Of a stretch of DNA of 64,000 bases, positions 1 through 11,917 are shown piece by piece. Made by a program: the position numbers and the translations under genes. The DNA is taken from the NCBI RefSeq assembly GCF_006345805.1, contig NC_043002.1:49538001-49602000 (forward strand), written 5' to 3'. The DNA comes from Octopus sinensis (lineage: Eukaryota). The notes below the pieces were generated by a model, which was given only the letters and a program-made list of their open reading frames with translations, was not told where the DNA came from and did not search any database. How positions within the stretch are numbered: position 1 is the first letter of the stretch; each line of letters opens with the position of its first letter.

Positions 1-3000
1 CCTTCGCAGTGAGTTCATGTGAGACACTGCCCTTGTTTGCAAGTTCATGTGCCATCTCATAGTATTTGGTAAACTTAGCCGTATGATCCAGAGGTAGATA
101 GACAAATGGACTCATGCTGAACGGATCACGAATGCTAAATTTTTTCACAGATGACAAATGACACCGGCTCAGGTGGTAGCGACAGGAGCCTTTTGACGCA
201 CACTGCCGACTACAGGCTGGACATTTATAATCACCACTGTCAGAATCGCTGGCCGGAGAAGTTAGGTCCCCATGGCCAGCATCAGTAGAATTGTCCAAGA
301 CAGACGATTCTTCCCGGTCAGAAACTTTTTCCTTATCTTCATCTTTTTGACATTTTGTCGATAAATTCAATGGAATAGCAATCTCTGGCGATGAAGAGGG
401 AATAACTGTCTGGCACTTGGAGGGATGACTATCGTTTGAGGGTAATTTCATGCTATCTGTGTTTGTTATCAGTTTTTGTAAGCTATCTAAGGGATGTTCA
501 CATGTCATAGGCTGACCATAGACAAAACTGCTTAAAGAATCGAGAGCAGAGGAATGTGAAGAGCTAGGCTCTGTAGTTGGCGGCAGCTGAAGGTATTTTT
601 CTTCAAGGGCTTCTTTACACGGTTTCTTCTCAGCACTTGCAGTGGGGCTCTTGGAATTCTCTTCTTTATTGATATCACTGGAACTGGACAGAATCTTCTC
701 TTCGGATTTTACACTTGGTGTGTTCACTTGCTTTGTAATCTGTTCGCACATATCTGATAAAGACTGTAGTTCTTTGCCGGCTGTTTTAAAGGACTCGTTA
801 CTTTCTTGCTCCGAACCACCTTCATCGTTTGTTTCCTGGCACAAAGCAGGCTGGCTCGAAGGCACAGTCGGAAAGTAAGAACTACTTCGCAGACTAGGTT
901 TCTGTTGGCTTGGAATCTGGATGTATCTCGACGAAGGGCTTTCAGGTGTCGTTACTCGTTTAATTTCTTGGGTGACTGCTGTTGTCGAGCTGCTTGAAGA
1001 ACTGGTGTTGTTGGACACTTCTTTATGACTACTACTCTTATCAAATTTAGTTTTGAAACTCTTTTGTATAAATGATTCCATTGCCCGAAGTGCTGAAAGT
1101 CCACCTGTATCGCTGCAACCAGGATCGATTATGTCTAAGTGTACCTTATCTGTTTCTTTACGGATATTTGTTGTGTTGTTGTTGCTGCTGTTACCATTGC
1201 TGTCCTCTTCAGAAACTCGAGGAAGTATCACTTTCAGATTATTTACTTTCTCTTCTGGTGTTGAGCTATCCATAATCTCAGTTTTTGGTTCCAATTTTGA
1301 TGGACTACACACTGGTACTTCCTTCAAACTATCACACCTTTCATCCACTTCTTTCGGCTCGGTTTTTACTTTGGTGATATCATAATCTGTGCTGTCAGGA
1401 ACTGTTGGCCGATTAGGGCTTGTTTTTCGGACTGGATTACTGATATTGGAACCTGTGTTTGCGTTTGGAGTTTCAACCTTTTTCTGTTGTCGGCGCTGAT
1501 CATCGTCAGCGTTCAGTTTCATCTTTAGGGCATCGATGACACCTGATCGCTGCCGTACACATGTGCGGATATGTTCTACAAATACCTGCATCTCAATGCA
1601 TTTTCCACAGTTCTCACAAGTAATATAGCCATCTTCATCTTTGGCAACTATATCAGTGAACTTTACATTTGGACTGTTTAAGCTTTCATGGCTGACACAT
1701 TTGCGTTTAAACTCCAATAAAGTTGCAACAGTGGGGTTAGCACCTAGACCAAGCTTGTCCTCGCTGCTGAAGGGACGCTTCCGTCGTGCTCGTAACAGGA
1801 TTTCTGGGGAATTATAAGAACGTAGAATTTGTTTCTTGTGATGTCCTGACATAATCATGTGGTTTGCTAAACCTTCCATATCATTGTAGGTCTCCTGGCA
1901 AACCTTACACTTAAAGATACACTCTTTTTCAAGATCTCGATCACAGTAAGAGGAGCATTTATGTGACCTGCGACCATGATCTGAACTGACAATTTTCGTA
2001 TAGTGTTGAGTTTGCATCATATGCAAAGTCAACTCAGGAAGTGTCTTAAATGACTCGCCACACTGCATGCAACGCAGAATACGCCTGGTCTGTTCGGACT
2101 CCTGGTTTAGCCACATATCCTGACCTCGTACAAGTTTTGGGTACTCCATCAGACTAGCATCTTTGCTGCCAGGAGGTATGTGATGTGTCTCTTGAAGATG
2201 GATACTCAAGTCATACAGTGTGCTAAATACCTTCTGACAAGAGCACCTGTGTGTTGTGTATCGGCTGCTGCCGCTGCCACCTTCCGTGCAGCTGTCACTC
2301 GGTGTCTCCACCATTTGACTCATCAACGAATTGTTGCTGTTCACCTTCAGACTGGACCCTACATCTGTGTTGACATTGTTGCTATAGTCGGACAGATTGC
2401 TACTGATCAGGTGACTTGTGCTGAAGTGATTGACTGGAAGCTGACTGATAACTACTGGATCTTCGATGGATTTGTTCACTCGGATATTGGTACCATTTAT
2501 GTGGAAATCACCGCCAAACCGTTGTTGGAGACTCTTCAAACTTGAAGACAAACCCCCACTGATGCCATTCGAGACTGGGAGGGGTGATGTGTGAGTTTTG
2601 GTTTTGGTTTTCTTTGACAAATCCAATGGTTCGTCGGAATTACTGCTAGAGCTGGCTGTCATGTGATGGTTTGTTGTTCGGGATGGAGTCGTATTTGATG
2701 TCATGGTGTTGCTGCTGCTGTTAGCGGTGTTGTTGATGATATGTGAATGAGCATTGTTGCTACGGTGATGGCTAGTGTGATGACTACCGGACGTGGTACT
2801 GTTGTTACTGCTATGGCTAACACTACTACCAAGTGACCGATATAGACCGTTGATGGGTTTGTACTGATCCCGGACACTGTGTCTCGATGTGGTCAGATTG
2901 TGTGAAGAATGGGAAATAGTCCGAGTGATAACTGACACCGGTATGGTTGCTGTAGCGGTGTGAGGTGGTAACGTTACTGATGACTGTCCAGACAACGAAT

Positions 3001-3306
3001 TGTCTGTAATGACTGAACTACGACGTAGTGGAGATGGTGGTGTCATGTCTCTGAGCGGTGATCCTTTTGTAGGGGTGCACACAGGTGGTGGTGGTGGTGG
3101 CGGCGGTGGAGTCAGTATTTTCGATTCCACTTTCACCTGACCTTTGGCTTGAGGGCTTGGTTGTTCTGGCGGAGATCCAAAGTCGGATTCATTGTCTGGT
3201 TGGCTCGACTGTGAATTAGAGTCCTGTTCATCGTCCAGATCTTTGTCTCCGTCACCTTCAACTGAGTCATTTGATTTCTGTTTCATGCTGTTATCTTCAT
3301 CTGAAG
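1..3306 (-). CDS. tsh: Teashirt/tiptop (TSHZ) zinc-finger transcription factor, large coding exon; 3' end runs off the window
   Basis: Hand translation gives an unbroken minus-strand frame from 3306 to 1. Motifs: PLDLS (2615-2629); ZF1 HRCSCQKVFSTLYDLSIHLQETHH (2180-2245); MEYPKLVRGQDMWLNQESEQTRRILRCMQCGESFKTLPELTLHMMQTQHY (ZF2 2003-2071); ZF3 FKCKVCQETYNDMEGLANHMIMSGHH (1838-1909); C2HC finger TCENCGKCIEMQVFVEHIRTC (1559-1618); SALRAMESFIQKSF; HPLDSLQKL; PLNLS (359-373); ZF5 YKCPACSRQCASKGSCRYHLSRCH (158-223); C-terminal PLDHTAKFTKYYEMAHEL. These are Teashirt-family hallmarks. Confidence 0.95.
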
Positions 3307-3345
3307 CTGAAATTAAAAAGAAAGAAAGAAAAAAAAAAGAAATCA
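3307..3345 (-). promoter_or_regulatory. 3' splice acceptor and polypyrimidine tract of the tsh large exon (phase 1)
   Basis: Minus strand reads ...tttttttctttctttctttttaatttcAG|CTTCAGATGAAG. A phase-1 junction gives the open frame, matching the small-exon/large-exon, phase-1 layout of TSHZ genes. Confidence 0.85.
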
Positions 3346-4288
3346 GTCAGCATCTATAAACAAAAAAAAAATCAGTTTGACATTTATTAAAAAAATAGCA
3401 ATATTAAATAATCCAATATTTAAATATTTACAAGTGTGGAGTCTTGAGATAACTGATACAACCAAGCATCAGATTGAATTAATTATACTGTTTAATTCTT
3501 GTTTCCATAGATCAAATACTACGGAAGCTGACCAACCTTTCATCCCTCTAAGGTCAATAAATTAAGCTCTATACACCGATGCCGCCAGTGTAGTAACACA
3601 CTTTGTCCAGGGGCATCTATGAATTGAAGTAAAGCTTGAAATTACCACCATATGTTCAGTATGCAATATTTATTCCCCATCACCCTTTAGAATAACTAGC
3701 ACTTATTTTCATTGAATCAGAAGTGATGTACAGTTAAGTTGGCTTTGTCTAGGTGTGAACTTAGTTAACATATTCAGATTATTGGGTTAGACCTAATTAT
3801 CTAAGGTGATGGGGAGCTGGCAGGATTGTTAGCATGCCAAGCAAAATACTTTGCAGCATTTCATCTGTCTTTATGTTCCGAGTTCAAATTCCACTGAAGT
3901 TGACTTCACTTTTTATCCTCTCAGGGTTGATAAAATAAGTTCCAGTTGAACACTGGGGTCGATGTAGTCAACTTAAGTACTCCTGGATATGAGTACGGAA
4001 ATGAAAAACTGCGCCCTTCTGCTAAGCCATGCTGAGCCAGTGTGGCAGAGTAGGCCCATCAAACCAGTAAAATCTCAAGCCTAAATTCACAGCCTCCACA
4101 TCAGCCTGTTGATAATAGAGAGAATAGGCTGAGGTCTTTGTCCAGCAGTGGACTGAACATGGGCAATCTAATCCAATCCAATCTAAAGTGGAAAAGTGGA
4201 GCATTGGACATAATGCTATGTAGTATTTATTTCAGCTTGCTGTGCTCTGAGTTCAAATCTTGTCAATGTCAACTTTTGCCTTTCATCT

Positions 4289-4516
4289 TTAACCCTTTGG
4301 CGTTCGAATTAAAATGTCAAAAGTAATCTTTATTCATTTACATTTAAAAAAATTAATCTGGTATTATCTTGTAGCTTCAAGATTTGAAAGATGCAATTGT
4401 TTATTTTTAGAATGACATTGCAGGGTAGATGTGAGATACTGGTTCTGGCCAGTTTGAGCATAAAATGAGTAGAATATTTGAGCCGGATATAGCCGGTTTA
4501 AACACTAAAGGGTTAA
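4289..4516. mobile_element. Non-autonomous piggyBac-like MITE, inserted into a SINE
   Basis: TTAA-CCCTTTGGCGTT ... AACACTAAAGGG-TTAA; it splits the SINE motif gcctttcatc|ggggt. Confidence 0.7.
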
Positions 4517-5188
4517 GGGGTAATAAAAAAAATACCAATCCAAGGTAGCAAGATTTGTGGAAATATGAGAACATCAAACCAAACATCTTGTAGATTTTGT
4601 TCTGACTCTTCATGTCTTGAGTTTAGATCTCACCATGACCTACTGGGGTGGTAGATATAACCCTTTGCTTGGTTTTAACACCACCACAACCTGACACTTT
4701 GGAAGCCTTTGGTAGAATCTATTTTGTTGCAAGCATTTGGACTCAGTAACGTTTTTGAGGGTACCTCCCTCCCATCAGTCTTGGAGGTCTTGTAATGAGT
4801 CAAAAGCACTACCTTATTACCTGACTGAAAGATAAAACCCCAAGGAAACCGAAAAGCAAAATACCAAATAAGAAAAGATTTAAAAATTAACAGCTAATGA
4901 TATGATATGCATATAAGCTTATGATATAATTATGATTACAAATTTTGGCTCAAGGCCAGCAATTTCACAGGAGTGGGTAAGTTGATTACATCAATTTCAA
5001 TACTCAACTGATACTTTACCAACTCTAAAAGAATGAAAGATGAAGCTAACCTCAGCGGAATTTGAATTTAGAACATAGAGAAGGACAAAATGCCAAGAAG
5101 CATTTTGTCCAACATGCTAACAATTCTGCCAGCTAGTCTGCCTTGCAGATTATGATATAATAATAATAATAACAATTATATGATATAA

Positions 5189-5420
5189 GGCGGCAAGCTG
5201 GCAGAAACGTTAGCACGCCAGGCGAAATGCTTATGGGTATTTCATCTACCGCTACGTTCTGAGTTCAAATTCCACTGAGGTCGACTTTGCCTTTCATCCT
5301 TTTGGGGTCGATTAAATAAGTAGCAGTTACGCACTGGGGTCGATATAATTGACTTTATCCGTTTGTCTGTCCTTGTTTGTTCTCTCTGTGTTTCGCCCCT
5401 TGTGGGTAATAAAGAAATAG
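5189..5420 (+). mobile_element. tRNA-derived SINE, family A (GGCGGCGAGCTGGCAGAAACGTTAGC head)
   Basis: A-box-like TGGCAGAAACGTTAG, B-box GTTCAAATTCC, body CTTTGCCTTTCATCCTTTCGGGGTCGAT, tail TGTGGGTAATAAAGAAATA. Near-identical copies at 12414, 24243, 25283 and 30581(-), plus many degraded copies. Confidence 0.85.
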
Positions 5421-5892
5421 ATATGATATATGATATAACAATAACAATTACGATATAATAAAAAGGAACCAATTTCAGACAGACAAGAGAACAACAGATC
5501 CACTGACTGGACTTGCTGCTAATGTTGCTAATTAGCAACGAAAAATTACATGGTTCAATTTCTGTCAATGGACCCTGTTATTCCATGTGTGTGTGTGAGA
5601 CCCACTGTTTGACAACTGGTGTTCATTTGTAGATGTCCTGTAACACAGCAGTTCAGCAAAAGAGATCAATAGAATAAGTACCAGACAAAAAAGAAAAGTA
5701 CGGGGGTTAATTTGTTTGACTAAATCCATCAAGACGGTGCTCCAGCAAGGCCACAATCCTCTGACTGAAACCAATTTAAATATGAAAGATCCTAGGCTTG
5801 AACTCTGCACTCTGAAACACTAACCAAATGTGTAAACTAATACACCATGTGGAAGCGTATTTTCTCCTATACATTTTAGAAATAGCGTGATG

Positions 5893-6236
5893 GCATTCCC
5901 CCTGGACGGGTGGTTCGTCCATGAAAGCTAGAGGTCCCGCAATTGTACGTAGACTCTCACCTTGCCTGAGGTGGACAGGTATTAATGTGTGGGCATGCGG
6001 TGATCCACTACCAGTGGCCCAATACTGTACCACACCAATTATAGCCACATCCAGGGATGGTTAGATGGATCCGGCAAGCCCACAGCCTCCAGTGCAAGGT
6101 GGCACTGTCCACTTGAATATACCGGGCGTTTAGGTGAGGTTATGATTCGTGCATCGAGGGGTTTGCAGCCGATCCCACAGACGGATGCATTCACCCCCTG
6201 GACGCATGGTTTCATCCACGAAAGTCGGGGCCCTGC
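5893..6236 (-). other. GC-rich island with two copies of a hairpin motif; possibly a retroelement 5' UTR
   Basis: 5893-5940 and 6187-6236 share GCATT(CA)CCCCCTGGACG..C(G/A)TCCA(T/C)GAAAG..G(A/G)GG.CCC. Confidence 0.4.
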
Positions 6237-6530
6237 TTGTTCCTTCGCTCGGTTGCTCTGTGTATATCTTTCTCTCACAAATTCAGATGAGTGCATTAGC
6301 CATTTAGATGTATGTAGTAGTGTCAATATGGTCAAGATCATAGCATAGATCATGGTACTGGAAATATAACAATATCAAGATCAAAGGAAACAAAAGCATT
6401 GAGTTAAAGACTAATCACTAAATAGGTGAATCCGATACAGAATTTTTTTTTTTCTGAAGAAGAAAAAACTGTCTTCTATGGATTTGTTTCTTCTCTAGCA
6501 TGGCAATTAAACGTCATCATCACCTTTATA

Positions 6531-6710
6531 ATTTAACATCCATTTTCCATGCTGGCATGGGTTAGATGGTTTGACAGAGCCGTCTAGGCTTCAGTTGTCT
6601 GTTTTGTCATGGTTTCTATGGCTGGATGCCCTTCTTAACACCAACCACTCTACAGAGTGTGCTGGGTGCTTCTAACACAGCTACTGACAAGTGCATTTTA
6701 TGTGGCATCA
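6531..6710 (-). mobile_element. Non-autonomous retroposon with RTE-type (GAT)n tail (Meta-domain-like AGGAAGGGCATCCAGC core)
   Basis: Reverse complement of the GGTTGGCGTTAGGAAGGGCATCCAGC...GCATGGAAAATGGATGTTAAAT tail; further copies at 15960, 51570, 52880, 57110 and elsewhere. Confidence 0.7.
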
Positions 6711-7514
6711 GCTTAATCTAATGAGTACATGTAATTATGTGTTTATGGATGTATATGTATTTGTGTGTGTGTGTGTGTGGTGTGTGCATGAGAAAATGTA
6801 TTTTTGGTTAATATTATTATTAATATTCAAATAATGAAGGCAGCAAGCTAGCAGAATTGACAGCATGTTTGATAAAATGCTTAGAGGTATTTCTTCTGAC
6901 TTTATGTTGTTCAAATTCCGCTGAGGTCAACTTAATCTTTCATCCTTTCCAGGGTTTATAAAATAAGTACCAAGTGAGTACCGGGGTCAATATAATCAAC
7001 TGGTCCACTCCTGCCAAAATTTCAGGCCTTGTACCTTATTGCAGAAAGGATTATTACTGTTCTGTCACTGAAGATTGAGTTTATAGTTTCACTTTCACCA
7101 CATTTCAGATCATAAATTCCAAATAATCTTTGGATCTTCCTTTGACAACAGGTGGGCATTAAAACGCACACAAACACTTGTTTATTGTTGAAATCAGAAA
7201 CATTATGTGAGATGTCATCTGTATCAAACAACTTATACACATATATATATCATGGACTCTCCTGTCGTTAGACGACAGATGATTTGTTTGTAGTGATCAA
7301 ATGTTTGTGTACACATAAGCTTCAATCCCTCCATCAAATCGACACTTCCTGTACAGGTGCACCATGTGCCACATGTCAGATGACGAAATGAAGTGTTTTG
7401 CTTAAGAACACAACACCCAGTCTGGGAATCGAACCCACAATCTTGCAATCATGAGTGCAACACCCTAACCACTAAGCCATGTGCCTTCACCATATATATA
7501 TATATATATATATA

Positions 7515-7727
7515 GTTAATCCAAACATGAACAAAGAGAAACACAACAACGCGAGGACATGGAACAAATATAGTGTTATTGGACACTCAGGAAAGGAAAG
7601 AAAGAAGGATGATTTAACGTTTCAAGCGGAGCTCTTCGTCAGAAACATAGAAAAAGGAAAGGTTCAAGGAAGGGAAGACGGAGAAAGAAAATTGCCAACG
7701 ATACACACGTGGTCACATATATATAAA
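7515..7727 (-). mobile_element. Penelope-like pseudo-LTR remnant flanked by (TA)n
   Basis: About 210-bp insert with (TA)n on both sides that contains a minimal hammerhead motif; no RT or GIY-YIG ORF seen. Confidence 0.55.
7612..7646 (-). ncRNA. Minimal type I hammerhead ribozyme (Penelope-type)
   Basis: Minus strand: GTTT-CTGACGA-A-GAGC(TCC)GCTT-GAAAC-GTT-AAAT. Stem I GTTT/AAAT, stem II GAGC/GCTT, loop-less palindromic stem III AACGTT, NUH triplet GUU. Confidence 0.7.
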
Positions 7728-7754
7728 TTCTGTAGTCAAATAGGGCTAACATAC

Positions 7755-7978
7755 TTAACCCTTTAGCATTCAGATTACTTTGTCAAATGTAGTCTCATTC
7801 ATTCATATTGTTTTGTATTTATCATAGATCTTGTAGCTTTAAGATTTTGATGATGTGATTATTTACTTTGAGAATGATATCATAGGTTAAGTGTCAGAAG
7901 CCAGATCTAACCAGTTTGAACATAAAACAGGTAGAATAGTTGGACTGGATATGGCTTGTTTAAATGCTAAAGAGTTAA
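7755..7978. mobile_element. Non-autonomous piggyBac-like MITE
   Basis: TTAA-CCCTTTAGCATT ... AATGCTAAAGAG-TTAA, 216 bp between the TTAA sites. Confidence 0.8.
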
Positions 7979-8194
7979 TGTAGTGATCCCTAAAAATATT
8001 TAATCAGTTAAAATTACATATGCAATGAAGAGAAAAAAACTATTAATGCTGTTACTGTTAAGAAAAGCAAGTTAACACCCTCCAGAATCCAAGTTGATTA
8101 AACATTGAATGGGGACATGTGGTGTGTGTATGTGAAATAAAAGAATATTTTAGTAATTCTTATCGTCTTTATTTATGTCTGCTTTTGAATGCTT

Positions 8195-8700
8195 ACATGG
8201 GCTGGATGGTTCTTCCTTAACACACCCTCTAACCCTTTGTCTTCATGTCTTCCTGGGTCTTTCTCTTCCACGCTGATCCTTTTTATTGACCTTCTTTGCA
8301 TTCCTTTACCTAGCTGTCACCCTTCATATGCATCACATGTCCATACCAGCACCACAAACATCTCGCTGACATGCTACGTCACATACCCTCTGATAGCCAG
8401 TCCTTTTTTTTTATCAGCTTATCTAAAATGTGTTGTTTATACATACAAGCATTGCGTATCGGCCACATTTACTGCTCATGTTTCACAGCCATCCAGTGTC
8501 ACACTTCATACTCAAACATTACACTATTTTCCATTCACTGGGAAAGAAAATCCCTTTGATGTAAACAGAGGCAATAGATCCCTGAATGTTTCCCTCTCTG
8601 TTCTTATTGTGGTTGCTCTGCTCTTAGAGCACCTGTCTTCACTGCTAATTAGAAGTAATGGAAGATCAATAATTTTTAGGGACCCTTCTGAGTATATCAT
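8195..8700 (-). pseudogene. RTE-clade LINE ORF2 C-terminal fragment (degenerate)
   Basis: Minus-strand translation with stops and frameshifts: FRDLLPLFTSKGFS..., GCET, CWYGHVMHM, RGRERPRKT(W), as in RTE ORF2 ends. Confidence 0.75.
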
Positions 8701-9292
8701 CCTTATCATTTAACATCCATTTTCCATGCTGGTATTGGTTGAAGGGTTTGACTGAAAACTGATAAGCTGTGGTGTTGCACCAGGTTCCAAAATTATTTGG
8801 CATGGTTCCTTCAATTGGTTGCTCTTCCTAACACCAACCACTCCAATAGTGTTTTTTACATGCTACTGGCATGGGTACCAGTTACAAAACACCAGCATCA
8901 GTAATGACTACGATCTCGCTTGGCTTGACAGGTCTTCTCAAGCGCAGTATATTACCAGAGGTCTGTCACTTGTCACTACGCATTTCCACTGTTATCTACT
9001 TCCTGTGCATCTACTACATAGAAAGTCTTACTCCTTTGTCAGCCTGCTTGTGAGCCACGTGCATCTCTTTTACATCTACAATGTACATTTGGTAACATCA
9101 TTTAAATTCTCTGCATACTCTCTCACTTGGCTTGACAGGTCTTCTCAAGCACCGTATATTGTCAAAGGTCTCGGTCACTTGTCACTGCTTCTGTGAGGCC
9201 TAATGTTCAAAGAGTACTTCTTTACATGCCACCGGCACAGGTGCCAGTTACACTACACTGACATCGGCCGTGACTATGATTTCACTTGGCTT
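8700..9292 (-). mobile_element. Composite RTE-tailed retroposon with internal repeats
   Basis: Repeated CTTGGCTTGACAGGTCTTCTCAAGC blocks, homologous (reverse complement) to 63410-63820. Confidence 0.6.
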
Positions 9293-9413
9293 AATTCTTC
9301 TAAGTTCTTGTTTCATTGCTGTTTATTGAAACTTGTAAAAACAAAGTTATTTTATAATTTGCTTATATATTAGAGCTTGAATTAGACAACGCAACTGAGA
9401 GGTGCCAACTGTT

Positions 9414-9632
9414 TTAAACCTTTTGTCATTTGGATTACTTTGTCAAATGTAATATTTATTCATTTACTTTGTTTTTGAATTAATCATACATTATTTCATT
9501 AACTTTGAGATTTCAATGATGTGATTGCTTATGATTTGAAAGATTATTGTCAGAAAGGTGTGAGAGGCCAAATCTGGTCTGTTTCAACATAAAACTGGCA
9601 GAATATGGCTGGTTTGAATGCTAAAGAGTTAA
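9414..9632. mobile_element. piggyBac-like MITE (degraded)
   Basis: Same body as 7755-7978; right end AATGCTAAAGAGTTAA. Confidence 0.7.
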
Positions 9633-9694
9633 ACAATAAATGATTCCTGCAGTCAATAAGTTTAATGTGGAGTTGACTGTTATATTGTAGGTAC

Positions 9695-9890
9695 TAGGGT
9701 AAAGACCCCCTTTGGTCATTAACGACCATGGAATTGCACCTAGAAAGTTAGCCTTCTAAGCAGAGGTCCGGGCAAGGTTGTTTATGGAAGACCAGCAGTT
9801 GCCAATGCATTCTAGCCCCCCCCCCTCTCCATGTCACTGATGTTACCCAAGAGAAAGGCAAAGCCAATATATCTTGGCACCAATGACGTG
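9695..9890 (-). mobile_element. SINE family C, 3' part (tail ending GGGGTCTTTACC)
   Basis: Matches 26762-27040(+), 29100-29405(-), 39730-40040(-) and 42430-42745(-). Confidence 0.7.
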
Positions 9891-10245
9891 CTAGTGCCAC
9901 ATAAGAAGCATCAGAGCTGGTGCAACATAAAAAACACTGGTGATGCCGCCACATAAAGCACTGGTACTGATTCCACATAAATAGTACTGGTGATGGTGCC
10001 ATGTAAAAAGCACCGATAATGGTGCTATGTAAAAAGCACCAGTGATGGTTCCACATATAAAGTATTGGTGCCGGTGCCATGTAAAAAGCACCCAATATTC
10101 TCTGTAAAGTGGTTGGCATTAGGAAGGGCATCCATGCAAAAACTACAATGGAGCCTTATCAGCTCCCGTCAAACTATCCAGCCTATGCTAGCATGGAAAA
10201 TGGATGTTAAATGATGGTGGTGATGATGATGATAATGACGATGAT
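9890..10245 (+). mobile_element. RTE-tailed retroposon with ~26-bp VNTR
   Basis: About 8 degenerate GGTGCCATGTAAAAAGCACC units, then GGTTGGCATTAGGAAGGGCATCC and a (GAT)n tail. Confidence 0.7.
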
Positions 10246-11715
10246 GGATTTTTCATCTAGTATCAATCATGCACTCTGCATAACTGCTACCGGCTCAGTT
10301 GTATCTCTTTCATGTGTTGACAAACACCTGCAATTACTACATCAAGCAGCTAAATTATCCTTCAAGCCTTAACCTGTCATACTACAATAAAAGATACATT
10401 GGACTGGATAATTTAATTTGAAACAAAATACAGTATAGTGATGGTAGGAATGCTTTCGGTCACTGGACAGCTTGTTTAAGGCTGACCTGAAGCTGGACAG
10501 CAGTATCTGCTTTCCCAAGGTACACAATGGCATTTATCAGATTCATAAGTTTGACACTCTTTAACTAGTTTCAGCTCAAGAGCTGTGTTCATGCTGGGAC
10601 ACTGAATCAACTGGTAGATATAGGTGATATAGTGGGAGGTATAAGTTAGACTTCCACTTTGTAGATATTAGATTTGAATTCAGAATTTAAAGAGGCAGAA
10701 GAAATAAACACAAGGTACTTTTTCTGATGCCCTAACAATTCTGCCAAAATGATAAGGATAACTAAGGTGGCAAGCTGGCAGAATCGTTAGCATGTTGGGG
10801 CAAAATGCTTAGTAGTGTTTCATCTATCTATGTTCTGAGGTCAAATTCCACCAAGGGCAACTTAGCCTGTCCTTTCGGGGTTGATAAAATAAGCACCATT
10901 TGAACACTGGGGTTGATGCAATCAACTTACTCCTTCCCTAAAATTGCTGGCCTTGTGCCAATATTTGAAACCAATATGGTAAGGATAATAATAATAATAA
11001 TAATGATGATGATTTCCTATTTAGGCCAAATGCAACCAATTCTGAGAGTAAGGGCTTAATTGAAACCATTGATCCCAGTACTTGGCTGGTACTTTATTTT
11101 ACTGACATTTACTGGCAGAATTTGCATTCAGAACATTAACAGCAAGAACAATGCTCCAAGGATTCTACCAATACACCTGCTAATAATAATTTTTTTCTAA
11201 TTTATGGCACAAGGCCAGCAATTTTGAAAAAGTGGTGTTAATTGATTACATCGACCCTAGTACTCAAATGGTACTTATTTTATCACCAAAAGGATGAACA
11301 GCAAAGTTGACCTTGGCAGAATTTGAACACAGAGTGTAAAGACAGTAAACAAGAATTCTTTCCCCTTTTGACATAAGACCAGTGTCTGAGGGAGAGGGGT
11401 AGTTGATAACATTGACCTCTGTATTCAACCTGAACGGATGAAAGGCAAAGTTGACCTTCACAGCATTTCAACTCTGAACATAAAGAGTTGGAAGAAATGT
11501 CGCTAAACATTTCGTCTAATGCATTAATGACTCTGATAACGATATCATTATCAACTGGTACTTGTTGTATCAACCCAAAAGCGATGAAAAGCAAAGTTGA
11601 TCTTGGCAGAATTTGAACTCAGAATGTAAGGGCAGACAAAATGCCACTAAGCATTTTTCCCGGTGTGCTAACAATTCTGCCAGCTCACTGCCTTGAATCT
11701 GATAATATAATAATA

Positions 11716-11883
11716 GGCACAGGAGTGGTTGTGTGGTAAGTAGATTGCTTACCAACCACATGGTTCCGGTTTCAGTCCCACAGCGTGGCACCTTGGCCAA
11801 GTGTCTTCTACTATAGCTATGGGCCGACCGAAGCCATGTGAGTGGATTTGGTAGATGGAAAGTGAAAGAAGCTTGTCGTGTGA

Positions 11884-11917
<34 letters not shown>

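Noticed and set aside
642-2545. Plus-strand ORFs in the supplied track
   Set aside because: They are antisense shadows of the tsh exon.
7400-7490. tRNA gene (also the heads at 14016, 17029 and others)
   Set aside because: tRNA-like A/B boxes run directly into SINE bodies, and no complete cloverleaf is present.
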